DNA of 64,000 nucleotides, taken from the NCBI GenBank assembly GCA_964057225.1, contig OZ059900.1:22692001-22756000 (forward strand), read 5' to 3'. A model generated the notes under the pieces. That model was not told the origin of the DNA and made no database searches. It saw nothing but the letters and a program-made list of their open reading frames with translations. The position numbers and the translations under genes are program-made. This document shows positions 28,601 through 43,000 of this stretch, in pieces. This DNA comes from Auanema rhodensis (Eukaryota > Animalia > Nematoda). Within the stretch, counting starts at the first letter, position 1. Every line of letters starts with the position of its first letter.

Positions 28601-31457
28601 AATAGGACTTAGTTTACTCAATCATACCAATCTTCATGAACACGGACTGTTTGTGTAATAGATAATAGCAATGATAATTTCGTTTCTTTTTTCAATTAAC
28701 TTTTCAGTACGCGAGTTATTATATTTAGAACGTGATTCCTTCATAATGAAAAATTTTTAGAGCCTGCACTGATAATATAACTGGAAACAGGCAATACTAA
28801 AACATTTGAATGACAGCTTTATTACAATAGGACTTAGTTTACTCAATCATACCAATCTTCATGAACACGGACTGTTTGTGTAATAGATGATAGCAATGAT
28901 AATTTCGTTTCTGTTTTTAATTAACTTTCCTGTACGCGAGTTATAATATTTAGAACGTGATTCCTTGATTATGAAAAATTTTTAGAGCCTGCACTGATAA
29001 TATAACTGGAAACAGGCAATACTAAAACATTTGAATGACAGCTTTATTACAATAGGACTTAGTTTACTCAATCATACCAATCTTCATGAACACGGACTGT
29101 TTGTGTAATAGATGATAGCAATGATAATTTCGTTTCTTTTTCAATTAACTTTCCAGTACGCGAGTTATTATATTTAGAACGCGATTGCTTCATAATGAAA
29201 AATGTTTAGAGCCTGCACTGATAATATAACTGGCAACAGGCAATACGCAAACATTTGAATGACAGCTTTATTACAATACGACTTAGTTTACTCAATCAGA
29301 TCAAGCTTCATGAACACGGACTGTTTGTGCAATAGATGATAGCAATGATAGTTTCGTTTCTTTTTTTAATTAACTTTCCAGTACGCGAGTTATAATATTT
29401 AGAACGCGATTCCTTGATAATGAAAAACTTTCAGAGCCTGCACTGATAATATAACTGGCAACAGGCAATACGCAAACATTTGAATGACAGCTTTATTACA
29501 ATACGACTTAGTTTACTCAATCATACCAATCTTCATGAACACGGACTGTTTGTGTAATAGATAATAGCAATAATAGTTTCGTTTCTGTTTTTAATTAACT
29601 TTCCTGTACGCGAGTTATAATATTTAGAACGTGATTCCTTGATTATGAAAAATTTTTAGAGCCTGCACTGATAATATAACTGGAAACAGGCAATACTAAA
29701 ACATTTGAATGACAGCTTTATTACAATAGGACTTAGTTTACTCAATCATACCAATCTTCATGAACACGGACTGTTTGTGTAATAGATGATAGCAATGATA
29801 ATTTCGTTTCTTTTTTCAATTAACTTTCCAGTACGCGAGTTATTATATTTAGAACGTGATTCCTTCATAATGAAAAATTTTTAGAGCCTGCACTGATAAT
29901 ATAACTGGAAACAGGCAATACTAAAACATTTGAATGACAGCTTTATTACAATAGGACTTAGTTTACTCAATCATACCAATCTTCATGAACACGGACTGTT
30001 TGTGTAATAGATAATAGCAATGATAATTTCGTTTCTTTTTTCAATTAACTTTTCAGTATGCGAGTTATTATATTTAGAACGTGATTCCTTCATAATGAAA
30101 AATTTTTAGAGCCTGCACTGATAATATAACTGGAAACAGGCAATACTAAAACATTTGAATGACAGCTTTATTACAATAGGACTTAGTTTACTCAATCATA
30201 CCAATCTTCATGAACACGGACTGTTTGTGTAATAGATGATAGCAATGATAATTTCGTTTCTGTTTTTAATTAACTTTCCTGTACGCGAGTTATAATATTT
30301 AGAACGTGATTCCTTGATTATGAAAAATTTTTAGAGCCTGCACTGATAATATAACTGGAAACAGGCAATACTAAAACATTTGAATGACAGCTTTATTACA
30401 ATAGGACTTAGTTTACTCAATCATACCAATCTTCATGAACACGGACTGTTTGTGTAATAGATGATAGCAATGATAATTTCGTTTCTTTTTTCAATTAACT
30501 TTCCAGTACGCGAGTTATTATATTTAGAACGCGATTGCTTCATAATGAAAAATGTTTAGAGCCTGCACTGATAATATAACTGGCAACAGGCAATACGCAA
30601 ACATTTGAATGACAGCTTTATCACAATACGACTTAGTTTACTCAATCAGATCAAGCTTCATGAACACGGACTGTTTGTGCAATAGATGATAGCAATGATA
30701 GTTTCGTTTCTTTTTTTAATTAACTTTCCAGTACGCGAGTTATAATATTTAGAACGCGATTCCTTGATAATGAAAAACTTTCAGAGCCTGCACTGATAAT
30801 ATAACTGGCAACAGGCAATACGCAAACATTTGAATGACAGCTTTATTACAATACGACTTAGTTTACTCAATCATACCAATCTTCATGAACACGGACTGTT
30901 TGTGTAATAGATAATAGCAATAATAGTTTCGTTTCTGTTTTTAATTAACTTTCCTGTACGCGAGTTATAATATTTAGAACGCGATTCCTTGATAATGAAA
31001 AACTTTCAGAGCCTGCACTGATAATATAACTGGAAACAGGCAATACTAAAACATTTGAATGACAGCTTTATTACAATAGGACTTAGTTTACTCAATCATA
31101 CCAATCTTCATGAACACGGACTGTTTGTGTAATAGATGATAGCAATGATAATTTCGTTTCTTTTTTCAATTAACTTTCCAGTACGCGAGTTATTATATTT
31201 AGAACGTGATTCCTTCATAATGAAAAATTTTTAGAGCCTGCACTGATAATATAACTGGAAACAGGCAATACTAAAACATTTGAATGACAGCTTTATTACA
31301 ATAGGACTTAGTTTACTCAATCATACCAATCTTCATGAACACGGACTGTTTGTGTAATAGATAATAGCAATAATAGTTTCGTTTCTGTTTTTAATTAACT
31401 TTCCTGTACGCGAGTTATAATATTTAGAACGTGATTCCTTGATTATGAAAAATTTTC
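22459..31457 (+). repeat. Uninterrupted block of 40 short (225-bp) satellite A monomers
   Basis: Anchor 22459 to anchor 31458 is 8999 bp = 40x225 - 1, with a single T lost near 29140. No 232-bp or 118-bp units were seen inside. Confidence 0.9.
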
Positions 31458-33344
31458 AGAGCCTGCACTGATAATATAACTGGAAACAGGCAGTACGCGA
31501 TACGCAAATATTTGAATGACAGCTTTAATACAATACGACTTAGCTTACTCAATCATATCAAGCTTCATGAACAGGGACTGCTTGTGTAATAGATGATAGC
31601 AATGATAGTTTCGTTTCTTTTTTTAATTAACTTTCCAGTACGCGAGTTATAATATTTAGAACGCGATTCCTTGATAATGAAAAACTTTCAGAGCCTGCAT
31701 TGATAATATAACTGGAAACAGGCAATACTAAAACATTTGAATGACAGCTTTATTACAATAGGACTTAGTTTACTCAATCATACCAATCTTCATGAACACG
31801 GACTGCTTGTGTAATAGATGATAGCAATGATAATTTCGTTTCTTTTTTCAATTAACTTTCTAGTACGCGAGTTATTATATTTAGAACGTGATTCCTTCAT
31901 AATGAAAAATTTTTAGAGCCTGCACTGATAATATAACTGGAAACAGGCAATACTAAAACATTTGAATGACAGCTTTATTACAATAGGACTTAGTTTACTC
32001 AATCATACCAATCTTCATGAACACGGACTGTTAGAGCCTGCACTGATAATATAACTGGAAACAGGCAATACGCAAACATTTGAATGACTGCTTTATTACA
32101 ATACGACTTAGTTTACTCAATTATATCAAGCTTCATGAACACGGACTGCTTGTGTAATATATAATAGCAATAATAGTTTCGTTTCTGTTTTTAATTAACT
32201 TTCCTGTACGCGAGTTATAATATTTAGAACGTGATTCCTTGATTATGAAAAACTTTCAGAGCCTGCACTGATAATATAATTGGAAACAGGCAGTACGCAA
32301 TACGCAAACATTTGAATGACAGCTTTATTACAATACGACTTAGCTTACTCAATCATATCAAGCTTCATGAACAGGGACTGTCTGTGTAATAGATGATAGC
32401 AATGATAGTTTCGTTTCTTTTTTCAATTAACTTTCCAGTACGCGAGTTATTATATTTAGAACGTGATTCCTTCATAATGAAAAATTTTTAGAGCCTGCAC
32501 TGATAATATAACTGGCAACAGGCAATACGCAAACATTTGAATGACAGCTTTATTACAATACGACTTAGTTTACTCAATCATACCAATCTTCATGAACACG
32601 GACTGTTTGTGTAATAGATAATAGCAATAATAGTTTCGTTTCTGTTTTTAATTAACTTTCCTGTACGCGAGTTATAATATTTAGAACGTGATTCCTTGAT
32701 TATGAAAAATTTTTAGAGCCTGCACCGATAATATAACTGGAAACAGGCAGTACGCGATACGCAAATATTTGAATGACAGCTTTAATACAAGACGACTTAG
32801 CTTACTCAATCTTATCAAGCTTCATGAACAGGGACTGCTTGTGTAATAGATGATAGCAATGATAGTTTCGTTTCTTTTTTTAATTAACTTTCCAGTACGC
32901 GAGTTATCATATTTAGAACGCGATTGCTTCATAATGAAAAATTTTTAGAGCCTGCACTGATAATATAACTGGAAACAGGCAATACTAAAACATTTGAATG
33001 ACAGCTTTATTACAATACGACTTAGTTTACTCAATCATACCAATCTTCATGAACACGGACTGTTTGTGTAATAGATAATAGCAATAATAGTTTCGTTTCT
33101 TTTTTCAATTAACTTTCCAGTACGCGAGTTATTATATTTAGAACGTGATTCCTTCATAATGAAAAATTTTTAGAGCCTGCACTGATAATATAACTGGAAA
33201 CAGGCAATACTAAAACATTTGAATGACAGCTTTATTACAATAGGACTTAGTTTACTCAATCATACCAATCTTCATGAACACGGACTGTTTGTGTAATAGA
33301 TAATAGCAATGATAATTTCGTTTCTTTTTTCAATTAACTTTCCA

Positions 33345-35203
33345 GTACGCGAGTTATTATATTTAGAACGTGATTCCTTCATAATGAAAAATTTTTAGAG
33401 CCTGCACTGATAATATAACTGGAAACAGGCAATACTAAAACATTTGAATGACAGCTTTATTACAATAGGACTTAGTTTACTCAATCATACCAATCTTCAT
33501 GAACACGGACTGTTTGTGTAATAGATGATAGCAATGATAATTTCGTTTCTGTTTTTAATTAACTTTCCTGTACGCGAGTTATAATATTTAGAACGTGATT
33601 CCTTGATTATGAAAAATTTTTAGAGCCTGCACTGATAATATAACTGGAAACAGGCAGTACGCGATACGCAAATATTTGAATGACAGCTCTAATACAATAC
33701 GACTTAGCTTACTCAATCATATCAAGCTTCATGAACAGGGACTGCTTGTGTAATAGATGATAGCAATGATAGTTTCGTTTCTTTTTTTAATTAACTTTCC
33801 AGTACGCGAGTTATAATATTTAGAACGCGATTCCTTGATAATGAAAAACTTTCAGAGCCTGCACTGATAATATAACTGGAAACAGGCAATACTAAAACAT
33901 TTGAATGACAGCTTTATTACAATAGGACTTAGTTTACTCAATCATACCAATCTTCATGAACACGGACTGTTAGAGCCTGCACTGATAATATAACTGGAAA
34001 CAGGCAATACGCAAACATTTGAATGACAGCTTTATTACAATACGACTTAGTTTACTCAATCATACCAATCTTCATGAACACGGACTGCTTGTGTAATAGA
34101 TGATAGCAATGATAATTTCGTTTCTTTTTTCAATTAACTTTCTAGTACGCGAGTTATTATATTTAGAACGTGATTCCTTCATAATGAAAAATTTTTAGAG
34201 CCTGCACTGATAATATAACTGGAAACAGGCAATACTAAAACATTTGAATGACAGCTTTATTACAATAGGACTTAGTTTACTCAATCATACCAATCTTCAT
34301 GAACACGGACTGTTAGAGCCTGCACTGATAATATAACTGGAAACAGGCAATACGCAAACATTTGAATGACAGCTTTATTACAATACGACTTAGTTTACTC
34401 AATCATACCAATCTTCATGAACACGGACTGCTTGTGTAATAGATGATAGCAATGATAATTTCGTTTCTTTTTTCAATTAACTTTCTAGTACGCGAGTTAT
34501 TATATTTAGAACGTGATTCCTTCATAATGAAAAATTTTTAGAGCCTGCACTGATAATATAACTGGAAACAGGCAATACTAAAACATTTGAATGACAGCTT
34601 TATTACAATAGGACTTAGTTTACTCAATCATACCAATCTTCATGAACACGGACTGTTTGTGTAATAGATGATAGCAATGATAATTTCGTTTCTGTTTTTA
34701 ATTAACTTTCCTGTACGCGAGTTATAATATTTAGAACGTGATTCCTTGATTATGAAAAATTTTTAGAGCCTGCACTGATAATATAACTGGAAACAGGCAG
34801 TACGCGATACGCAAATATTTGAATGACAGCTCTAATACAATACGACTTAGCTTACTCAATCATATCAAGCTTCATGAACAGGGACTGCTTGTGTAATAGA
34901 TGATAGCAATGATAGTTTCGTTTCTTTTTTTAATTAACTTTCCAGTACGCGAGTTATAATATTTAGAACGCGATTCCTTGATAATGAAAAACTTTCAGAG
35001 CCTGCACTGATAATATAACTGGAAACAGGCAATACTAAAACATTTGAATGACAGCTTTATTACAATAGGACTTAGTTTACTCAATCATACCAATCTTCAT
35101 GAACACGGACTGTTAGAGCCTGCACTGATAATATAACTGGAAACAGGCAATACGCAAACATTTGAATGACAGCTTTATTACAATACGACTTAGTTTACTC
35201 AAT
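33345..35203 (+). repeat. Local duplication at 1143-bp offset in satellite A
   Basis: The private variant ACAGCTCTAATAC occurs at 33689 and 34832. The offset is 1143 = 232 + 3x225 + 2x118, and about 700 bp of flanking haplotype matches. Confidence 0.8.
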
Positions 35204-37153
35204 TATATCAAGCTTCATGAACACGGACTGCTTGTGTAATATATAATAGCAATAATAGTTTCGTTTCTGTTTTTAATTAACTTTCCTGTACGCGAGTTAT
35301 AATATTTAGAACGTGATTCCTCGATTATGAAAAACTTTCAGAGCCTGCACTGATAATATAATTGGAAACAGGCAGTACGCAATACGCAAACATTTGAATG
35401 ACAGCTTTATTACAATACGACTTAGCTTACTCAATCATATCAAGCTTCATGAACAGGGACTGTCTGTGTAATAGATGATAGCAATGATAGTTCCGTTTCT
35501 TTTTTTAATTAACTTTCCAGTACGCGAGTTATCATATTTAGAACGCGATTGCTTCATAATGAAAAATGTTTAGAGCCTGCACTGATAATATAACTGGCAA
35601 CAGGCAATACGCAAACATTTGAATGACAGCTTTATTACAATACGACTTAGTTTACTCAATCATACCAATCTTCATGAACACGGACTGTTTGTGTAATAGA
35701 TAATAGCAATAATAGTTTCGTTTCTGTTTTTAATTAACTTTCCTGTACGCGAGTTATAATATTTAGAACGTGATTCCTTGATTATGAAAAATTTTTAGAG
35801 CCTGCACTGATAATATAACTGGAAACAGGCAGTACGCGATACGCAAATATTTGAATGACAGCTTTAATACAAGACGACTTAGCTTACTCAATCATATCAA
35901 GCTTCATGAACAGGGACTGCTTGTGTAATAGATAATAGCAATGATAGTTTCGTTTTTTTTTCTAATTAACTTTCCAGTACGCGAGTTATCATATTTAGAA
36001 CGCGATTGCTTCATAATGAAAAATGTTTAGAGCCTGCACTGATAATATAACTGGCAACAGGCAATACGCAAACATTTGAATGACAGCTTTATTACAATAC
36101 GACTTAGTTTACTCAATCATATCAAGCTTCATGAACACGGACTGTTTGTGCAATAGATGATAGCAATGATAGTTTCGTTTCTTTTTTTAACTAACTTTCC
36201 AGTACGCGAGTTATAATATTTAGAACGCGATTCCTTGATAATGAAAAACTTTCAGAGCCTGCACTGATAATATAACTGGAAACAGGCAATACTAAAACAT
36301 TTGAATGACAGCTTTATTACAATACGACTTAGTTTACTCAATCATATCAAGCTTCATGAACACGGACTGTTTGTGCAATAGATGATAGCAATGATAGTTT
36401 CGTTTCTGTTTTTAATTAACTTTCCTGTACGCGAGTTATAATATTTAGAACGCGATTCCTTGATAATGAAAAACTTTCAGAGCCTGCACTGATAATATAA
36501 CTGGAAACAGGCAATACTAAAACATTTGAATGACAGCTTTATTACAATAGGACTTAGTTTACTCAATCATACCAATCTTCATGAACACGGACTGTTTGTG
36601 TAATAGATGATAGCAATGATAATTTCGTTTCTTTTTTCAATTAACTTTCCAGTACGCGAGTTATTATATTTAGAACGTGATTCCTTCATAATGAAAAATT
36701 TTTAGAGCCTGCACTGATAATATAACTGGAAACAGGCAATACTAAAACATTTGAATGACAGCTTTATTACAATAGGACTTAGTTTACTCAATCATACCAA
36801 TCTTCATGAACACGGACTGTTTGTGTAATAGATAATAGCAATGATAATTTCGTTTCTTTTTTCAATTAACTTTCCAGTACGCGAGTTATTATATTTAGAA
36901 CGTGATTCCTTCATAATGAAAAATTTTTAGAGCCTGCACTGATAATATAACTGGAAACAGGCAATACTAAAACATTTGAATGACAGCTTTATTACAATAC
37001 GACTTAGTTTACTCAATCATACCAATCTTCATGAACACGGACTGTTTGTGTAATAGATAATAGCAATAATAGTTTCGTTTCTGTTTTTAATTAACTTTCC
37101 TGTACGCGAGTTATAATATTTAGAACGTGATTCCTTGATTATGAAAAATTTTT

Positions 37154-40036
37154 AGAGCCTGCACTGATAATATAACTGGAAACAGGCAGTACGCGATACG
37201 CAAATATTTGAATGACAGCTTTAATACAATACGACTTAGCTTACTCAATCATATCAAGCTTCATGAACAGGGACTGCTTGAGTAATAGATGATAGCAATG
37301 ATAGTTTCGTTTCTTTTTTTAATTAACTTTCCAGTACGCGAGCTATAATATTTAGAACGCGATTCCTTGATAATGAAAAACTTTCAGAGCCTGCACTGAT
37401 AATATAACTGGAAACAGGCAATACTAAAACATTTGAATGACAGCTTTATTACAATAGGACTTAGTTTACTCAATCATACCAATCTTCATGAACACGGACT
37501 GTTTGTGTAATAGATAATAGCAATAATAGTTTCGTTTCTGTTTTTAATTAACTTTCCTGTACGCGAGTTATAATATTTAGAACGTGATTCCTTGATTATG
37601 AAAAATTTTTAGAGCCTGCACTGATAATATAACTGGAAACAGGCAGTACGCGATACGCAAATATTTGAATGACAGCTTTAATACAAGACGACTTAGCTTA
37701 CTCAATCATATCAAGCTTCATGAACAGGGACTGCTTGTGTAATAGATGATAGCAATGATAGTTTCGTTTCTTTTTTTAATTAACTTTCCAGTACGCGAGT
37801 TATCATATTTAGAACGCGATTGCTTCATAATGAAAAATGTTTAGAGCCTGCACTGATAATATAATTGGAAACAGGCAGTACGCAATACGCAAACATTTGA
37901 ATGACAGCTTTATTATAATACGACTTAGTTTACTCAATTATATCAAGCTTCATGAACACGGACTGCTTGTGTAATATATAATAGCAATAATAGTTTCGTT
38001 TCTGTTTTTAATTAACTTTCCTGTACGCGAGTTATAATATTTAGAACGTGATTCCTTGATTATGAAAAACTTTCAGAGCCTGCACTGATAATATAATTGG
38101 AAACAGGCAGTACGCAATACGCAAACATTTGAATGGCAGCTTTAATACAAGACGACTTAGTTTACTCAATCATATCAAGCTTCATGAACACGGACTGTTT
38201 GTGCAATAGATGATAGCAATGATAGTTTCGTTTCTTTTTTTAACTAACTTTCCAGTACGCGAGTTATAATATTTAGAACGCGATTCCTTGATAATGAAAA
38301 ACTTTCAGAGCCTGCACTGATAATATAACTGGAAACAGGCAATACTAAAACATTTGAATGACAGCTTTATTACAATAGGACTTAGTTTACTCAATCATAC
38401 CAATCTTCATGAACACGGACTGTTTGTGTAATAGATGATAGCAATGATAATTTCGTTTCTTTTTTCAATTAACTTTCCAGTACGCGAGTTATTATATTTA
38501 GAACGTGATTCCTTCATAATGAAAAATTTTTAGAGCCTGCACTGATAATATAACTGGAAACAGGCAATACTAAAACATTTGAATGACAGCTTTATTACAA
38601 TAGGACTTAGTTTACTCAATCATATCAAGCTTCATGAACACGGACTGTTTGTGCAATAGATGATAGCAATGATAGTTTCGTTTCTTTTTTTAACTAACTT
38701 TCCAGTACGCGAGTTATAATATTTAGAACGCGATTCCTTGATAATGAAAAACTTTCAGAGCCTGCACTGATAATATAACTGGAAACAGGCAGTACGCGAT
38801 ACGCAAATATTTGAATGACAGCTTTAATACAATACGACTTAGCTTACTCAATCATATCAAGCTTCATGAACAGGGACTGCTTGAGTAATAGATGATAGCA
38901 ATGATAGTTTCGTTTCTTTTTTTAATTAACTTTCCAGTACGCGAGCTATAATATTTAGAACGCGATTCCTTGATAATGAAAAACTTTCAGAGCCTGCACT
39001 GATAATATAACTGGAAACAGGCAATACTAAAACATTTGAATGACAGCTTTATTACAATAGGACTTAGTTTACTCAATCATACCAATCTTCATGAACACGG
39101 ACTGTTTGTGTAATAGATAATAGCAATAATAGTTTCGTTTCTGTTTTTAATTAACTTTCCTGTACGCGAGTTATAATATTTAGAACGTGATTCCTTGATT
39201 ATGAAAAATTTTTAGAGCCTGCACTGATAATATAACTGGAAACAGGCAGTACGCGATACGCAAATATTTGAATGACAGCTTTAATACAAGACGACTTAGC
39301 TTACTCAATCATATCAAGCTTCATGAACAGGGACTGCTTGTGTAATAGATGATAGCAATGATAGTTTCGTTTCTTTTTTTAATTAACTTTCCAGTACGCG
39401 AGTTATCATATTTAGAACGCGATTGCTTCATAATGAAAAATGTTTAGAGCCTGCACTGATAATATAATTGGAAACAGGCAGTACGCAATACGCAAACATT
39501 TGAATGACAGCTTTATTATAATACGACTTAGTTTACTCAATTATATCAAGCTTCATGAACACGGACTGCTTGTGTAATATATAATAGCAATAATAGTTTC
39601 GTTTCTGTTTTTAATTAACTTTCCTGTACGCGAGTTATAATATTTAGAACGTGATTCCTTGATTATGAAAAACTTTCAGAGCCTGCACTGATAATATAAT
39701 TGGAAACAGGCAGTACGCAATACGCAAACATTTGAATGGCAGCTTTAATACAAGACGACTTAGTTTACTCAATCATATCAAGCTTCATGAACACGGACTG
39801 TTTGTGCAATAGATGATAGCAATGATAGTTTCGTTTCTTTTTTTAACTAACTTTCCAGTACGCGAGTTATAATATTTAGAACGCGATTCCTTGATAATGA
39901 AAAACTTTCAGAGCCTGCACTGATAATATAACTGGAAACAGGCAATACTAAAACATTTGAATGACAGCTTTATTACAATAGGACTTAGTTTACTCAATCA
40001 TACCAATCTTCATGAACACGGACTGTTTGTGTAATA
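37154..40036 (+). repeat. Local duplication at 1603-bp (7-monomer) offset in satellite A
   Basis: About 37154-38433 matches about 38757-40036. Private variants GCTTGAGTAAT (37281/38884), GCGAGCTATA and TTTATTATAAT recur. The offset is 1603 = 4x232 + 3x225. Confidence 0.88.
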
Positions 40037-43000
40037 TATAATAGCAATAATAGTTTCGTTTCTGTTTTTAATTAACTTTCCTGTACGCGAGTTATAATAT
40101 TTAGAACGTGATTCCTTGATTATGAAAAACTTTCAGAGCCTGCACTGATAATATAATTGGAAACAGGCAGTACGCAATACGCAAACATTTGAATGGCAGC
40201 TTTAATACAAGACGACTTAGTTTACTCAATCATATCAAGCTTCATGAACACGGACTGTTTGTGCAATAGATGATAGCAATGATAGTTTCGTTTCTTTTTT
40301 TAACTAACTTTCCAGTACGCGAGTTATAATATTTAGAACGCGATTCCTTGATAATGAAAAACTTTCAGAGCCTGCACTGATAATATAATTGGAAACAGGC
40401 AGTACGCAATACGCAAACATTTGAATGACAGCTTTATTATAATACGACTTAGTTTACTCAATTATATCAAGCTTCATGAACACGGACTGCTTGTGTAATA
40501 TATAATAGCAATAATAGTTTCGTTTCTGTTTTTAATTAACTTTCCTGTACGCGAGTTATCATATTTAGAACGCGATTGCTTCATAATGAAAAATGTTTAG
40601 AGCCTGCACTGATAATATAACTGGCAACAGGCAGTACGCGATACGCAAATATTTGAATGACAGCTTTAATACAAGACGACTTAGCTTACTCAATCATATC
40701 AAGCTTCATGAACAGGGACTGCTTATGTAATAGATGATAGCAATGATAATTTCGTTTCTTTTTTCAATTAACTTTCCAGTACGCGAGTTATTATATTTAG
40801 AACGTGATTCCTTCATAATGAAAACTTTTTAGAGCCTGCACTGATAATATAACTGGAAACAGGCAATACTAAAACATTAGAATGACAGCTTTATTACAAT
40901 AGGACTTAGTTTACTCAATCATACCAATCTTCATGAACACGGACTGTTTGTGTAATAGATAATAGCAATAATAGTTTCGTTTCTGTTTTTAATTAACTTT
41001 CCTGTACGCGAGTTATAATATTTAGAACGTGATTCCTTGATTATGAAAAACTTTCAGAGCCTGCACTGATAATATAATTGGAAACAGGCAGTACGCAATA
41101 CGCAAACATTTGAATGACAGCTTTATTACAATACGACTTAGTTTACTCAATTATATCAAGCTTCATGAACACGGACTGCTTGTGTAATATATAATAGCAA
41201 TAATAGTTTCGTTTCTGTTTTTAATTAACTTTCCTGTACGCGAGTTATAATATTTAGAACGTGATTCCTTGATTATGAAAAACTTTCAGAGCCTGCACTG
41301 ATAATATAATTGGAAACAGGCAGTACGCAATACGCAAACATTTGAATGACAGCTTTATTACAATACGACTTAGTTTACTCAATTATATCAAGCTTCATGA
41401 ACACGGACTGCTTGTGTAATATATAATAGCAATAATAGTTTCGTTTCTGTTTTTAATTAACTTTCCTGTACGCGAGTTATTATATTTAGAACGTGATTCC
41501 TTCATAATGAAAAATTTTTAGAGCCTGCACTGATAATATAACTGGCAACAGGCAATACGCAAACATTGGAATGACAGCTTTATTACAATACGACTTAGTT
41601 TACTCAATCATATCAAGCTTCATGAACACGGACTGTTTGTGCAATAGATGATAGCAATGATAGTTTCGTTTCTTTTTTTAACTAACTTTCCAGTACGCGA
41701 GTTATAATATTTAGAACGCGATTCCTTGATAATGAAAAATTTTTAGAGCCTGCACTGATAATATAACTGGCAACAGGCAATACGCAAACATATGAATGAC
41801 AGCTTTATTACAATACGACTTAGTTTACTCAATCATATCAAGCTTCATGAACACGGACTGTTTTGTGCAATAGATGATAGCAATGATAGTTTCGTTTCTT
41901 TTTTTAACTAACTTTTCAGTACGCGAGTTATAATATTTAGAACGCGATTCCTTGATAATGAAAAACTTTCAGAGCCTGCACTGATAATATAATTGGAAAC
42001 AGGCAGTACGCAATACGCAAACATTTGAATGACAGCTTTATTATAATACGACTTAGTTTACTCAATTATATCAAGCTTCATGAACACGGACTGCTTGTGT
42101 AATATATAATAGCAATAATAGTTACGTTTCTGTTTTTAATTAACTTTCCTGTACGCGAGTTATAATATTTAGAACGTGATTCCTTGATTATGAAAAACTT
42201 TCAGAGCCTGCACTGATAATATAATTGGAAACAGGCAGTACGCAATACGCAAACATTTGAATGGCAGCTTTATTACAATACGACTTAGTTTACTCAATTA
42301 TATCAAGCTTCATGAACACGGACTGTTTGTGCAATAGATGATAGCAATGATAATTTCGTTTCTTTTTTCAATTAACTTTCCAGTACGCGAGTTATTATAT
42401 TTAGAACGTGATTCCTTCATAATGAAAACTTTTTAGAGCCTGCACTGATAATATAACTGGAAACAGGCAATACTAAAACATTAGAATGACAGCTTTATTA
42501 CAATAGGACTTAGTTTACTCAATCATACCAATCTTCATGAACACGGACTGTTTGTGTAATAGATAATAGCAATAATAACTTCGTTTCTGTTTTTAATTAA
42601 CTTTCCTGTACGCGAGTTATAATATTTAGAACGTGATTCCTTGATTATGAAAAACTTTCAGAGCCTGCACTGATAATATAATTGGAAACAGGCAGTACGC
42701 AATAGGCAAACATTTGAATGACAGCTTTATTACAATACGACTTAGTTTACTCAATTATATCAAGCTTCATGAACACGGACTGCTTGTGTAATATATAATA
42801 GCAATAATAGTTTTGTTTCTGTTTTTAATTAACTTTCCAGTACGCGAGTTATTATATTTAGAACGTGATTCCTTCATAATGAAAAATTTTTAGAGCCTGC
42901 ACTGATAATATAACTGGAAACAGGCAATACTAAAACATTTGAATGACAGCTTTATTACAATAGGACTTAGTTTACTCAATCATATCAAGCTTCATGAACA

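Noticed and set aside
33972-34314. 225+118 = 343-bp dimer of satellite A, almost the length of the 342-bp B monomer
   Set aside because: I see no alignable similarity between A and B, so the length match appears coincidental.
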